Shown here one piece after another: positions 48,481-61,854 of a stretch of 64,000 bases of DNA (within the stretch, counting starts at the first letter, position 1; each line of letters opens with the position of its first letter). The stretch covers positions 18,476,001-18,540,000 of the forward strand of contig NC_087255.1 of NCBI RefSeq assembly GCF_037042905.1, in the 5' to 3' direction. A program made the translations under genes and the position numbers. This stretch comes from Lytechinus pictus (lineage: Eukaryota). The notes under the pieces were generated by a model. The model did no database searches. It worked only from the letters and a program-made list of their open reading frames with translations, and had not been told where the DNA came from.

Positions 48481-49074
48481 AGGGGAATCCAGCCTTTGCC
48501 ATAAAATGTTGTGTTGGGAAGGAGAAAAATAAATTAAACAGAATGGCGAAAGTTTGAAAGAAATCGGACAATGAATAAGAAAGTTATAGCTGCTTTAAAA
48601 TTGAGATCACTAATAGTATGTAGATTTCAAATTGGCAACTGGGTAAGTAAATTATGACAAGGGGCAAGGACAACTTTCCCATAGGCCATGTACTTTATTT
48701 TCAGGGATTTGTGGTTTTCTCCTAAGTACCCATTCCCCTGGGGCAGTAATCTAAATATAATCCAGGTAGTATATTGTTTTATGTCCTCATGAAAGAAAAA
48801 TATAATTTGAAATAAACTTTTTGGGAAAATGACATTTTAGCCACAATATGTATTGAAGTACATGGAAGAGTAGTCCTTGCCTTACATCACTATGACATCC
48901 CATATTCGGCCAATTTGAAGTCTCCATGGGTATAGTGATTACCAATATTTACAACTTTTAAAAAATCATAACTTTCTTGTTGTTTGTCCAATATTGTTCA
49001 AACTTTCACCTATCAACTTGTCTGATTTTTATTTTTCTTATAAAAACAAGTTTTTATTTGGGTTGGATTCCCCT
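48481..49074. mobile_element. TTAA-flanked MITE (Kolobok-like)
   Basis: TTAA|aggggaatccagcc ... ggttggattcccct|TTAA. Confidence 0.85.
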
Positions 49075-50953
49075 TTAACATTTACTCTTTTTATGGTTTT
49101 ATTGTTTTTACACTGTTATTATGCCAGTCCACTGAAAATGATTATGATTCTTAATGAATTGTAATAAAAACATATGAATATATTTCAAATCGTTTATTAT
49201 TTTATGGTATTGTAGCCTGCAATCTTTAACAAATGTTTGTCCCAGATTACTAAAGTGTTTGTATTATGTGTCCAACGAAAAGTATGTAAAAAATTTATGA
49301 AAATAAAATCTGCCAACATTTTTGGTCGAGTTTTATCCAACGTATTACATGTAGCTACTTTTACCAGTAGGCCTATTGATGACACTTGTTAAACTAAGAC
49401 TGGTGACAAAGAACTACATTAACTTCGCATGAACTTGAAATAATGTCTCCATTTTTGTTGCTACGTCTGGCAAGCAAATAACATACTATTTTTTATATGT
49501 GTAAAAATCTGAACTTCAGCAATAAACCTAAAAAAAATGTGCATATCTATAATTTGGTTATGTTTTTTAACGGGACAGACGCCACACCTGTTGCTATGTG
49601 AGGCCAGCTTCAATAAACGTTTGTTTTCTGAAAGAAGCGAGAGTGCGCGCCAGTAGAGGTTGCGCAAGATCTAAAGTTGCACTCAAAGTGCGGCATTTGG
49701 GTTGCATCATTTGAAGGTGCCATGTTAACTCCTTTCCTAAAGAGTATAAATTAACACAGACAAATCCTAATTGGCCGATGGAGCAAATATTTACCCTGAT
49801 CACAGACCATATAGGAAAGAACAAATAAATAGTGTCTAGTGATGATAGTGATGAATAAACTTCATCATGCGATAATGTAAATATCGATATAATGGCGCTT
49901 CATCTAAACATTTTCATTAACTAATCCCTCTAACAAAACAAATGGAAGCAAACTGACCTTCAACCCGACCCCAACCCCAACCCCACCCCCCCCCCCCCCT
50001 CAGAAAAAAAGGACACGCGTTCATTATGGCGTCCCCAATATATTTTGACCATGGGAGTCTTTCTAACAATTGCAGACGACAGCGGGACGATATCATCTAG
50101 ATTGGAATATCGATAACATTCATCGAGATATCTGTTGACTTGATCAGTTTGATAACTCGACCGTAATATGGAGATTTTGTTACCACACAATGTTGGTAAA
50201 CCACAAATGAATTTAGAGTTATTTTACTTTGAATGATGAACACAGTTTTTGTATGAAATCTCGCTTCTTCTCTATTTTTCAATAAATTATTTAAATTAGG
50301 CACACAAAGAAGATCAGGGAAAATTAAATTATGGCGCCATGGCAATAACCCTTTCCATTTCATGACGCATCCTTGTCTGATTCTTCAAAAAGTACATTGG
50401 CGCCGCCCATTTTCCTCATAATATAAACAATGATCAATCATTGCTTATCAAAAATAGAAAGAAAGAAAGAAAGAAAAAAGGAAAGAAAGAAAGAAAAAAG
50501 GAAAGAAAGAAAGAAAGAAGTCTCATTTAATAATTGATCACACTTTATTCGGTATTGATATTGTAATCATGTCAATCTATCGATTCTTAATGATTTACTA
50601 GTATAATAAAAACATAAATAATAATTAAAGTTGCGCCTATCATCGTGGCACAATTTTATCAATATTTTAGGGAACGGGGGAATGTTCCCTCTCACAAGTT
50701 TTAGTGTTTCAAGAAAAATTTGATTATTTTTTTTCTTTATTCCAAGTATCACATACTCTATCTTTAGGTTGAAATGAAAGACCAGTTAAATATAGATGAT
50801 CTTAATCTTATAGAATAAAATGGTCCGTCTCCATGTTTTCTATCTGATTTTGGATTGGTCAATTGCACAATGCACAGCATAATGGAATGAATCCCGACCA
50901 TGAAGGAAATGTGTGAGGTATTTGGCGATATAATCAAATGCAATATTGCCAAA

Positions 50954-50991
<38 letters not shown>

Positions 50992-51249
50992 TAAGTTCGT
51001 TTTTGTGCTAGAGATACACACAATTTTAGCAAATGGTATAATAGTTATATTTTGTTTAAAGGATAAACATATAACTAAGTGAATTAATTTCCATAAACTC
51101 ATCAACATAATTGTGTAAACGAAATACTGATAAATAAACAAGTAGTTGAATAAAGAATGATAATTGAATAAAAAATTTGAATAAATCCATTATTTAATGA
51201 TAATTGAATGAAAGGATGAATAAATAATTGAACTAGTTTATACAAACTG

Positions 51250-51482
51250 NNNNNNNNNNNNNNNNNNNNNNNNNNNNNNNNNNNNNNNNNNNNNNNNNNN
51301 NNNNNNNNNNNNNNNNNNNNNNNNNNNNNNNNNNNNNNNNNNNNNNNNNNNNNNNNNNNNNNNNNNNNNNNNNNNNNNNNNNNNNNNNNNNNNNNNNNNN
51401 NNNNNNNNNNNNNNNNNNNNNNNNNNNNNNNNNNNNNNNNNNNNNNNNNNNNNNNNNNNNNNNNNNNNNNNNNNNNNNNNNN
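51250..51482. other. Assembly gap next to (GAAT)n/(AAAT)n microsatellite
   Basis: Run of N. Confidence 1.
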
Positions 51483-53814
51483 ACGAATGAATGACGAATG
51501 AATGAATGAATGAATGAATAAATAAATAAATGAATGAATAAATAAATATAGGAAAATCATTTGCTCTAGGATAACTACAGATCCACAATAAAGTCTCATT
51601 TTGTTAATTGATGTTGTATTCCTTCGACCTTGACCAATATACTAATTTAAGATCCTTTACATTAAAGTGAAATAATATCTGATTTGTAGAATCTCTTATG
51701 GATTCTTTTCAGAATCTGATGGAAAACAGGTGCCATTATTCGTTCCGTTCCATAACTTTATAATCTTTACAGGCATAGCAATTATCACAGCACCTATTCG
51801 TATATCATCAATTTTGTCGTTATGGATGCGACCAGGAAAACTTTCTGGCGCCTTATGCAGCTATAATACGTCAGGATATTGGAACATTGTTATCTAAATG
51901 AAGATTATCAAGATGATCAGTGATGATAAGATTCATACACATCATTTTATCTATTTTATCTGAGGCTGAGATCTCGGGGGACTACCCAACCATATCGACC
52001 GTAATACAGACGCCATGATAATGACCACAAAGTATCACCGTTTTATTATGCTGGAGTACCCAAAGTAATAACTATAAGTGTTCAAATACTAATAGTAAAT
52101 AGAATAGGTGTGCGTAGAAGAGTCCGATTATGCTGATAATCCATCTTCATGACTTGTTTTCAACTTGTTAGGTATTAGTTTAAATGATTTTTTAAGGAAA
52201 ATAATTTAAAAAATCTAAATCTTTTCAATATTTTCATTACTTCAGTCAAAATAGTACATTAACCAATCATGCTGTCAAATCGACTTTCTTTTGCGACAGC
52301 TTTTAAAGTGATTTGGGAAACAAAACGTATAATAGTCGTGAATATATAAGCCCATGGATAGTGCAAAGGCATTAAAAAGAAAGTTGTCCAGAGATTGCTT
52401 TAATATAATGTCAAAATATCCACGAATGATAATCTAAAAATCTGTATCGCCCTTTTCCCGGGCACTTGGCTATGTCGTTGCGACAAGAAAAACGCATGTT
52501 TTTTTTTGGATGAGATGATGACGTCGCGATGATGAGCAACGAATGATGTTTAGAAGAAAAAATTACATGGTGTACGTTTTTTGTACCCCCCCCCCACACA
52601 CACCACCATATTACCCTAGATTCTAGATTCGATCTTGGTGATCTGGGGTCCGTTGCAGAAAGAGTTGCGTTTAAACGCAAATCAGCTCCAGGGGTCGTAG
52701 TGCTGGTCCAGTGGGGGGGGGGGTGACCACTCCCTAAAATTTGTTCAAAGTTTGTTTGGGGAGAAAAGAAAGAGGAAGAAGGAAAAGAGTATAAAAATAG
52801 AGGTCTGGGCTATGTCACTCTTATTATTCATGAAAAAAGTTCTTTTGACCGCCCCCCCCCCATCATATCCGAATTCCCTGTGGTCGCCCCAGGACTATCG
52901 TTAAACAAGAATCTTTTTTTTTATCGTATGTTAAGTCCTAAAAAACGAAACTTGGGCTTTAATCATTTTTTTTTTAATAAAAGAACTACAACAAAACCTG
53001 AAAGGGCCTGTCATAGATACGAGTTGTTAATAACATTCTCCGGGATCAACCGATATCCCCTCCCTATTATAGCATATTCCTATAGACTACCATCCCCGCC
53101 AATGATTGCAAGTTCAAGGGGTCAATATACGAGGGCAAGGTTGCTGTTGTGGGGGTGGGGGGGGGGCAATCAATCACAATATTTCACAATCACAATAAAA
53201 AAATAAAACAGCGTCGCTCTGTAAATATATGTAATGTGAACACTAGCACTCCCGAGGAAGGAGGCCATGGAGATGGGTGGGAAGAGCGCCCCCCCCCCCA
53301 TGATAGAATTTTGATGAACATTTTGTATTATCAGAAAAAAATGCCCCTCATGCACTCCTTACGAGGCTTTCAAGCACGATATTGTATATTATGTGAGGCA
53401 AAGAAGAGGGGGGAAATGTAAAGAAACTTGAGAGAGCAGTTGAACATGATCTGGGGACATGGCGGGACAACACTTGAAACACGAGGTAGAAAGGGTGTCT
53501 CTATGTCCCAACTGCCCCCCCCCCCGTAGATTACACTTTTTTTTTTTTACAATAATATCACTGTTGGTATTACTATCACTGTTTTTTTCTTCTTCGATTA
53601 CCAAGCAGCGGATTGGCAACATACCAATCACATCATTTTCCCTTGCATGACTACGATGTTTTCTGTGTTTATTATTTCTTATTATTTCTTAATTGTAACA
53701 AAAAAAACATAATCCTTACGTACAAGACACAGCTCATGCCAATCAATACCTCGCTTGTAAAGTCAAGCCCATGTGATTGCGTTTCGAGGTCGTAAAATTG
53801 AGATTGTTACTAAG

Positions 53815-54672
53815 CAGGGGCGGATCCAGCTTTCGCCAATAGGGGGGCCGAAAAATATTTTCATCAACATTTTTCTCGATTGGCCGCTATAATCTGATTT
53901 TTTTTTTTGGGGGGGGGGGGGTTTCAGGGGGAAGTCGTAACTAAAGACTGAAGTTTTAAGTATATGTTAGTTTTTATTGTTATAAACAAGATAAGGTATC
54001 TCATGTGGTCTCAATATATAATGCGAGCGCGAAGCGGGAGCTAAAATTCTTTGATATTTTATGTCCTTAGAACTGAAGATTCTGAGCAGTTTTTATAATC
54101 ATGAACAAAGATAAGTATCCAACTAAACAATGCGAGCGCGAAGCGCGAGCCGAAATATTTTATTATAGTAACGTGAAAAGGGACTCAATTAGGACTGTTT
54201 TTAGTGATTAATGAAGAGGATACAAGTATCACCAATTAAATAATGAGAGTGCGAAGCGCGAGCTCCAAATTTTTGATATAAGCGCGTTTTTATTTAAATA
54301 AAGAACGAGCTGTGTGTCTCAAACAATTAAATGCGAGCGCGAAGCACGAGCTTAATTTTTTGATATACTGACATGATAAAGGAGCATTTTGATAAATGTT
54401 TGAAAGAATTTCCAAAGAGGATAGATATCTCATTTATACACAGTCTATTTTCCAATTCTTCCCCTCACCTTTTTCTTGTTTCCTTTCGGGGTCGGGCCGG
54501 CCGTTACAAGGCTGTAAATTACACATCATGGGTATAATACCTCTTTCTTATTTTTCTTTCTGTTTTTCGTAGTTTCTATCAAGATAAAGAGTACACTTTT
54601 TTCTGCAGTTTGTCAAAAAATAGGGGGGGGGGGGGCCGGGGCCGGCTCGGCCCCCTCCTGGATCCGCGCCTG
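53815..54672. mobile_element. Non-autonomous hAT-like element with internal GCGAGCGCGAAGCGCGAGC repeats
   Basis: caggggcggatccag ... ctggatccgcgcctg TIRs and the same internal repeat as 39985-41167. No TSD evident. Confidence 0.75.
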
Positions 54673-56220
54673 GTTAGTGGAAGGTGAATGTTAGTGGAAG
54701 GTGAATGTTACTGGATGCGTGATTCCGAACATTATGACGACAAAATGATCACGTTAATTTTTTATGACCTTCCCCGTTGACTCATTCATCTCATTCTTTT
54801 CGCATCAAATTATCAATCGCGTCATTCCCTCTTTGCACGTACATCATCCGTGCGAATGGGTAAATTCGATTAAGTCAACGAAGTTTGCAGTTATCTTTCT
54901 TATTTTCTATTTTGTTCAATGCTCGGCCTTGAAAAGGTAGTGGCGTACGTGCGCTTTAACAACATCGAAAAAAAAAAGGTTTGCCATAATATCATAGTGA
55001 ATTAAAACTCTTTCATGCGCAAATTTTCCCTCCAAAATCGATCATAACATTGAAACATGCATGCGTTAAAGTCACGATGTTTTAAATCATCACAAGTTTG
55101 GGGCAATCTCGCTTTATGGGGCAAAATTAGACATCAAAATAAGGTAGATTGTACATTTAATAAAATAATCGTGATAAATGTGAATTGAGGGATAATTACT
55201 GTTTAAAATATATTTGCTTTGCCTTGCCTTTTTTTCTTATTACCTTATACATTATGTACTTATTTCGAATCATTCTAGTATTGTAAATATGTATTTATGG
55301 TGATTTATTTCAATAAAACATACAAAAAAAGTTTAACCCATATTATTTATTATGTATGATGATAGTATTCATGATGAGCAAATGTGTATTTATCAAGAGT
55401 CTAATAGAATAAATTTAGCATCATCATGTTCTTTTACAACTTATTCGGTTCTTGATGCTTTTAAGAAATTTATATAAAATGGGTAATCAACCATTTGTTC
55501 TCCTTTTGTTTTGTTTAAAGTAACTTTTTTACAAAATCTTGGTTAGGATTGACTATTCAGAACCCTTTCAGTTTCTTTTAAGAACCTCAGTTCAACGGTT
55601 CCAAATATAAGGGTCTGAAAAAAAAAAAGTTCTGAAATTTCTCAAAGTGCTCCGTCAATCTTATTCGATTCGTTTTGCAGAAACACATAGTTACCATGAC
55701 TACTATAAACAATATTATATGATGTAAATCGCAACTATCGATAAAAAAATATTTGATTGATGACAGGGCTACCCTGGATGAATACACTTATTCCATATCA
55801 GCAAAATATTTTTTTATGTACTATTGTAATACTGGCGAATATAATACTCGTATTTTAGCACACGACTGCAGAATAATTTCATTCTTCGCTGCTCTTGTCT
55901 CTCGTGTCATAACGGGCCAAATCAAATTCAAAAGCGACCCATTGTTACAAATAAACAAAATATTATTCTATGTCCGTATTCCAAATACCCCCCACCGAAG
56001 ATATTCATTCATCTATTCTTTATACTCTTCCACGTCTTTAGAAATGAGCAAGGGACTTGTTTTTATTGGTAATCCTTCCTTTATTCAACCAATCTGGTTT
56101 GATAATGATTGGACTTAGTTGATAATTTGTAGACCAATTGGCATACAATGGGTAGGGGAAAAAACCAAGGAAAAAACCTATCGACATACAGGGTCCTTAA
56201 CACGAAATAAAATAGAACCA

Positions 56221-56462
56221 CACTGCAAAAACACCGGTGTTAATTAACACCAGCCTGGTATCAATATCGGTCCACACCAGAGAGGTGTTGAAACAACACC
56301 GGTTTGACGTTACGTTAACACCAATTTGGCATTCAAGCAGCACAGATTAGTGTTAAACCAATATCCATTTGATTCTTAATTGGTGTTGTTTCAACACCTC
56401 TCTGGTGTGGACCGATATAGAAACCGGGCTGGTGTTAAATCAACACCGGTGCTTTTGCAGTG
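56221..56462. mobile_element. MITE with CACTG ends (CMC/EnSpm-like)
   Basis: cactgcaaaaacaccggtgtt ... aacaccggtgcttttgcagtg long TIRs, CA 2-bp flanks. Confidence 0.8.
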
Positions 56463-57453
56463 CAACTTTAATCTTAATTGGGTTGCGAAAACATGCCTTC
56501 ATATTCTTCGGAAATGCTCCGTTCACGAATGGAGAGTCCAGTGAGGAAACAGGAGAGATCATGTCGCTAATCGTATAATGGATGCAGGGCGGCTCGCAGG
56601 GGGGGGGGGGGGGGGGGGCAGCTGGCGAAAACCCCCTTAGATTTTCGAGAGGTGAAGGTAAAAGGAAAGGCCGGTGGGAAAAGAGTGGAAAAAGAAGATA
56701 TCACTCATCTATGTTATGCATTTGAGAAAAAAAAATGAATGAGATCACTCTCACATGTCCCTATCTGACGAAGAAGAATTAAGAAGAAAACACGAAGAAA
56801 AGGAATAAGAAGAAGGGGAAGAAGAAGAAAAAGGAAAGAAGAAGAAATAAAAAGAAGAAAAGGATGGGAAGTAGTAGAAGTAGAAGAAGGAAAAGATCGA
56901 GAAGAATGTGTTACAATCAATATAACTATGATAACAGTATCGTTACAACAACACTACATGTTGCTTATTCCTGTTTTTCTATGTTGCTCCTGTTAATTAT
57001 CAATTTTGAATTGATTTCCAATAACCATCTAATTCAACTATATTTGCTTGTTGTATTGAAGTTTGCAGAAATTTATGTATAAGAAAATCTTTGAATGAAT
57101 ACCAGAACTTAATTGCCAGTCGAAAAACATCAGTCGAAATGGTCGATAGAAATTATGCAGGCGAAACATCGAATTGATGGTGAGTTGATCGGGATTACCG
57201 AGATTGGAATTGTGATTCCAGAGCTATAGCCATAATGATGATGATGGAAGTTTTTCAATAGGTATACAGCACCAGCTGAAATTGATAGTAAAATTCACTT
57301 TTAAAGTCATCATGTCTTCATTTCGTTTCCCCTTCTATCATATTTGTTATCATTATTCTATCAATAATCTTAATCATCTTTCTGAATTTTCTAGCCCCTC
57401 CCCCTTTTTGCATTATGCCAATTCATCATTTACATGTATAATTCCGAATAACA

Positions 57454-57644
57454 CACTCTAAAAACAACTCAGTCAAAAATGACTACTATTAGCTGGGTGT
57501 TATTCTATAGTCGTATTTAACTATTTTTCTAGTCGTAATAGAGTTATTTCTGGCTAGAATATAAGTCAGAAATGTTACAAGACATACCATTGCACCCAGC
57601 TGACTACTGGTCTAGTCAAATTGACTGATATATATTTTGGAGTG
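57454..57644. mobile_element. MITE with CACT ends (CMC/EnSpm-like)
   Basis: cactctaaaa...tcagtcaa / ttgactga...ttttggagtg, CA flanks. Confidence 0.55.
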
Positions 57645-57704
57645 CATAAGAAAAATTGGAGGGTGTGGTCAACCCATATTGATTTGATTAGCAGCGCTCT
57701 TTAA

Positions 57705-58291
57705 AGGACAAGTCCACCCAGACAAAAAGTTGATTTGAATAAAAAGAGAAAAATTCAACAATCATAACACTGAAAATTTCATCAAAATCGGATGTAAAAT
57801 AAGAATGTTATGACATTTTTAAGTTTCGCTTAATTTCACACAACAGCTATTATATGCACATTCTGGCCAGTATGCAAATGAGGGGACTGATGACATCACG
57901 CACTCACTATTTCTTTTGTATTTCATTATCTGATTTTCTCACCCATGTCATTTGAAATTGAGCTTTATTCCTCCCTGAACTTGTGGAATTAGCATTGTTT
58001 AACACTATGTAGTTCAGTCAAGTTTTACATTATTGTCAATTCTGTATAAATTGAAATATTGTATAATTCAAACAATAAAAAACAAAAGAAATATTGAGTG
58101 ATGGACATCATAGACTCTCGCATTTGCATATCACTGAGTTGTGCATATAACTGTTTTTAGAAAAATATGCGAAACTTTAAAATGTCATAACTTTCTTATT
58201 TTACATCCGATTTTGATGAAGTTTTCAGTGTTGTGCTTGTTAGATTTTCTCTATTTATTCAAATTAACATTTTTCTGGGGGGGACTTGACC
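57705..58291. mobile_element. TTAA-flanked MITE (Kolobok-like)
   Basis: TTAA|aggacaagtccaccc ... ggggacttgacc|TTAA. Confidence 0.8.
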
Positions 58292-58295
58292 TTAA

Positions 58296-58457
58296 TACCT
58301 TGGTCACATTTGCTCTACGGCGGCCGTACGGCGAGTCGAAAACAGCCGTTTTCACATTTTATGTACGAGCTACATAGAGGTGGTTTGTATAAAAATGAAT
58401 AAAACGGCTGTTTTCGACTCGCCGTACGGCCGCCGTAGAGTAAATGTGACCACGGTA
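58296..58457. mobile_element. Hairpin MITE flanked by TTAA
   Basis: tacc-tggtcacattt-ctctacggcggccgtacggcgagtcgaaaacagccgttt and its reverse complement. Confidence 0.85.
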
Positions 58458-58461
58458 TTAA

Positions 58462-58957
58462 AAGGGAATAGGTCACCCTGACGAAACGTTTGTGAAAATA
58501 GCAGGAAAAGTAATTATAAAAAAATTGGTGAAGGTTTGAGGAAAATCTATCAAATATGAAGAAAAATATTAGAATTTCAAGGTTTTTTTTATTTATGACG
58601 TCATAAACGAGCAGCTGCCCCATGTAATATAAAATACAAAAAAAAAAATAATAATAATAATTCGTGATGACTTATTTCATTATTTTCTTTCTGAGAGCGC
58701 GTGTGAAATGATTCGTGTGTTGATGTACTGAAGGTACAATAAAAACCATTTTTAATTTTGTCAGAAAGAAAATGACATTTCATTGATTTTTACTGTACGT
58801 TATATAGGAATGCTGCTCGCATATGACGTCACAAATGAAATAATTAAAATTCTAGTAACTTTGTTATTTGAGGGATTTTCCTCAAGCCTTAGCCAAGAGT
58901 TTTTATTATTTTTATGCTATTTTTACAAGGAACATTTTGTCAGTGTGAACTTTCCCT
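58462..58957. mobile_element. TTAA-flanked MITE (Kolobok-like)
   Basis: aagggaataggtcaccctgac ... gtcagtgtgaactttccct|TTAA, related to 27553-28032. Confidence 0.75.
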
Positions 58958-60759
58958 TTAATTCATCAATGAAGAACCTTCAAGACTTTGTAAAGAATTT
59001 ATTATATGCAAAGAATGACAATTCTCTAAAATGTTTCATGTAAGGCACATCGAGAACATTTTCTCTGTTCTATGAAGTCAGTTGCGTGTAGAGCGCCACC
59101 TTATGGTTACGTGAAGCCAATCAATTTGGTCCTGCCACCGCAACATGTACTTTTCAAAGTATTATACTGTTCGTTTGGAGGGGTTTGGAGAGAACAAAAA
59201 AATACCGAGAAATAATTTACCATTGATTTATATACATATCAGAACAGTGATTTCAAAATAATTACAATAAGTTTAAACAGAAGAAAATGAAATGACTCCC
59301 TGGCTTACTGGATATATGTTTCTTTCTTGTTGTTGTTTTTAATCAAGTAAGAAAGATTTCGGTATCAGCTCTCACCCCTCTCACCTTTCGGTTCACTCAC
59401 CAGTATCACCTTGTAAAAGATGAGAATAATAGGCCTAAATTAAGGCTAATGTAATTTTAACATGAAGAACGAAGAAATATATGTAAGGCATCATATCTAG
59501 AGAAGATTTCCCGCTACTCATGACACGACAGAGTTCCGTGTCACGATTTACGTCTAAAAATTCCCCGCGCTCTAGATATCCATGGAAACTAAATTTGGCG
59601 TCGGCCCCTTTATTTGCCTACCAGTAACTCAGCGCACCTGCCTATTGCACATTTCTCTTCCACTGTCGTGTGGCCTTTGTGTGTGTGCACTTGCTTCATG
59701 TACTGTGTAATTGTGTGTGTGCACCTTATTCATTGACAGTCCAGTGTCAGCCGTTCGAAAACTTTTTGGTTCCGAAAGAAATTTCACGGATATATGAGTT
59801 TTGTTTTTTAAGAAATTTACAAGAGATCGTCATTGACTAGAAAAATTAATGTTTGAACCTGCTTCAACTGATATGGTTCGACGCAATCTTGTGATAGGGA
59901 ATAGGTGTTGAGAGTAAGTAAAACTAATTTATTTCTCCTAAATTTTAACTAATAAAACGAGTTCACGGAAATGGTTCTTACCTCTCTCGGGGATTTTAGC
60001 GGTATGTTCGTCACTGTGGGCCCCTGAACTATGGGGGTAATGTGCAACAAGTGTTCGATGGCAATACCGGTGGATGAAAAGTTACCCGACCTTTCAAATT
60101 GTTTCTTGTCATGTCATTACTTTTATTCTCAGTGGCCCGATCTCTACTATGTGTCTTTTTGAAATAGATTCACTACTTAATTCTTTATTGCTGTCATGTT
60201 AAAAAGGGTGATTATTCCCATGATTTTGCAAGGGTGATGTTGGAAGAAAGATTGTTGGCTATTCTAAAGTTTGGCTTATTACAAAAAGTAATTTAGGCCC
60301 TCTAGTCAAGATCTATGTGATTTTTTTTGGGTGACATACATAAATCATAGCATTTTTGTAAGGCTACATTGTTACAAAGTTGTTAATTTTCTGAAGATGA
60401 ATTTAATAAAGCAGTTGTGGGAGGGAGAATCAATCTGTCATCTTTGAAAAAGAGAAATTGTAAAAACTAGGTCTGTTGTAATGGTTTTAGAATGACAAAG
60501 AAGTAGAATGTTTTTAATTCTCTCAAAAAGTGTTTAAAGAATTATACAAAATTTGTGAATATAATACGCATCTCACTTCAGGCCTATAAAGCCTATAAAA
60601 TTAAATAAACATTGTTTTAGAAATTATGTTTTGATTAATAACTATTGATGATCAAACTTCCAGTGCCATGCCTTGTCTTGTCTTTCTAGCTGTTAATGCC
60701 CACAATCATTATATTGATTATTATGGCATATGAACGTCAAGATTGACTTGACCTGAATC

Positions 60760-61080
60760 TTGCCGGGACCGGCAGGTGCAATACACCGGGTAAACACCCT
60801 ACTCTTTGACGAATAGTGTATTGGTTTTAACGTGCATAGGTTGTGACTCTCCTATATGCACGGGACCAACATTTGCTTCCTTTCCGATGGACGGAGTGTT
60901 TTCCAACTGCATTCACACCTGCACTGAATACAGTGGTGAGGCACGCTAACACAACGCTATAGCATCAGATTTTTTGTCAGACGTGTTTCGGCATAAGCGG
61001 GACTCCAACCCCTCACGTTGAGATCTACGATCTTATCCGAAACATGCGCTCTAACCGACTGAGCTACGCTGCCTCCCTGT
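60760..61080 (-). mobile_element. tRNA-derived SINE of a second family (MetaSINE-like core)
   Basis: Minus strand reads agcgtagctcagtcggttagagc (A box), ggttggagtcc (B box), then ggtcccgtg...gcacgttaaa...aagagtaggg. Confidence 0.7.
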
Positions 61081-61715
61081 GCAGTTTAATATCTAAAACC
61101 TACAATACTTTGCTGTAGAGAAGTAGTGAATGTATATAGTGGGATTCATCATATGATTTCAGGTTCTTCTTTTTACCAATTTTTTATTTTGAGGATTATT
61201 AAGATATCTTTATTAAAGACTTTATTGTCAATACGGTACTTCACCCTCTAAAAAAATATAACCACTAAAACATAGGCTTACCCCTCAACAAGGTTAATGA
61301 AAAATTCAAATAAACCTCTAAAGTCTAAACATGGAAGTATTATGTAACCACCTTTCTTAACCATGATAAGTAAGGTCTAATTGAGAAACAACGATCAGAG
61401 TTGCTTGCAATCCCCATGAAACTCCAGACAAGTCCAGAAAACAAATTTGGAAAAAAAAGATACCCTACACTGGCCTACAGTAAAATGCCTATTTGTTTTA
61501 CTCCACCGTTCGACCCCTTTTCCCTGATTTTGACCTTTTAAACACCTTTAAAACACCTTTAAAAGGTGTCAAAAAGTACCCTCTTTATGCATTATCTTTG
61601 TCTTATGCATGTACAGCAATATATTTGAGTACCCCCTCCCCCTGCCCATGTTTGATAGGGCTCATAATGTACAACATACATCCTTCTTGCCCTGCATTGT
61701 TCCAAATCAGTAGAG

Positions 61716-61854
61716 GGGCATTTTCACGGAAACTGACGTTACACGGCACATTTTTAAGCAAACTCCCATCATTTGTTGTTTTAGAGATAATCATACACAC
61801 AATGAAAAATGTGTAAAATTGTGCCGTGTAACGTCAGTTACCGTGAAAATGCCC
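61716..61854. mobile_element. Small MITE with 35-bp TIRs
   Basis: gggcattttcacggaaactgacgttacacggcaca ... tgtgccgtgtaacgtcagttaccgtgaaaatgccc. Confidence 0.8.
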
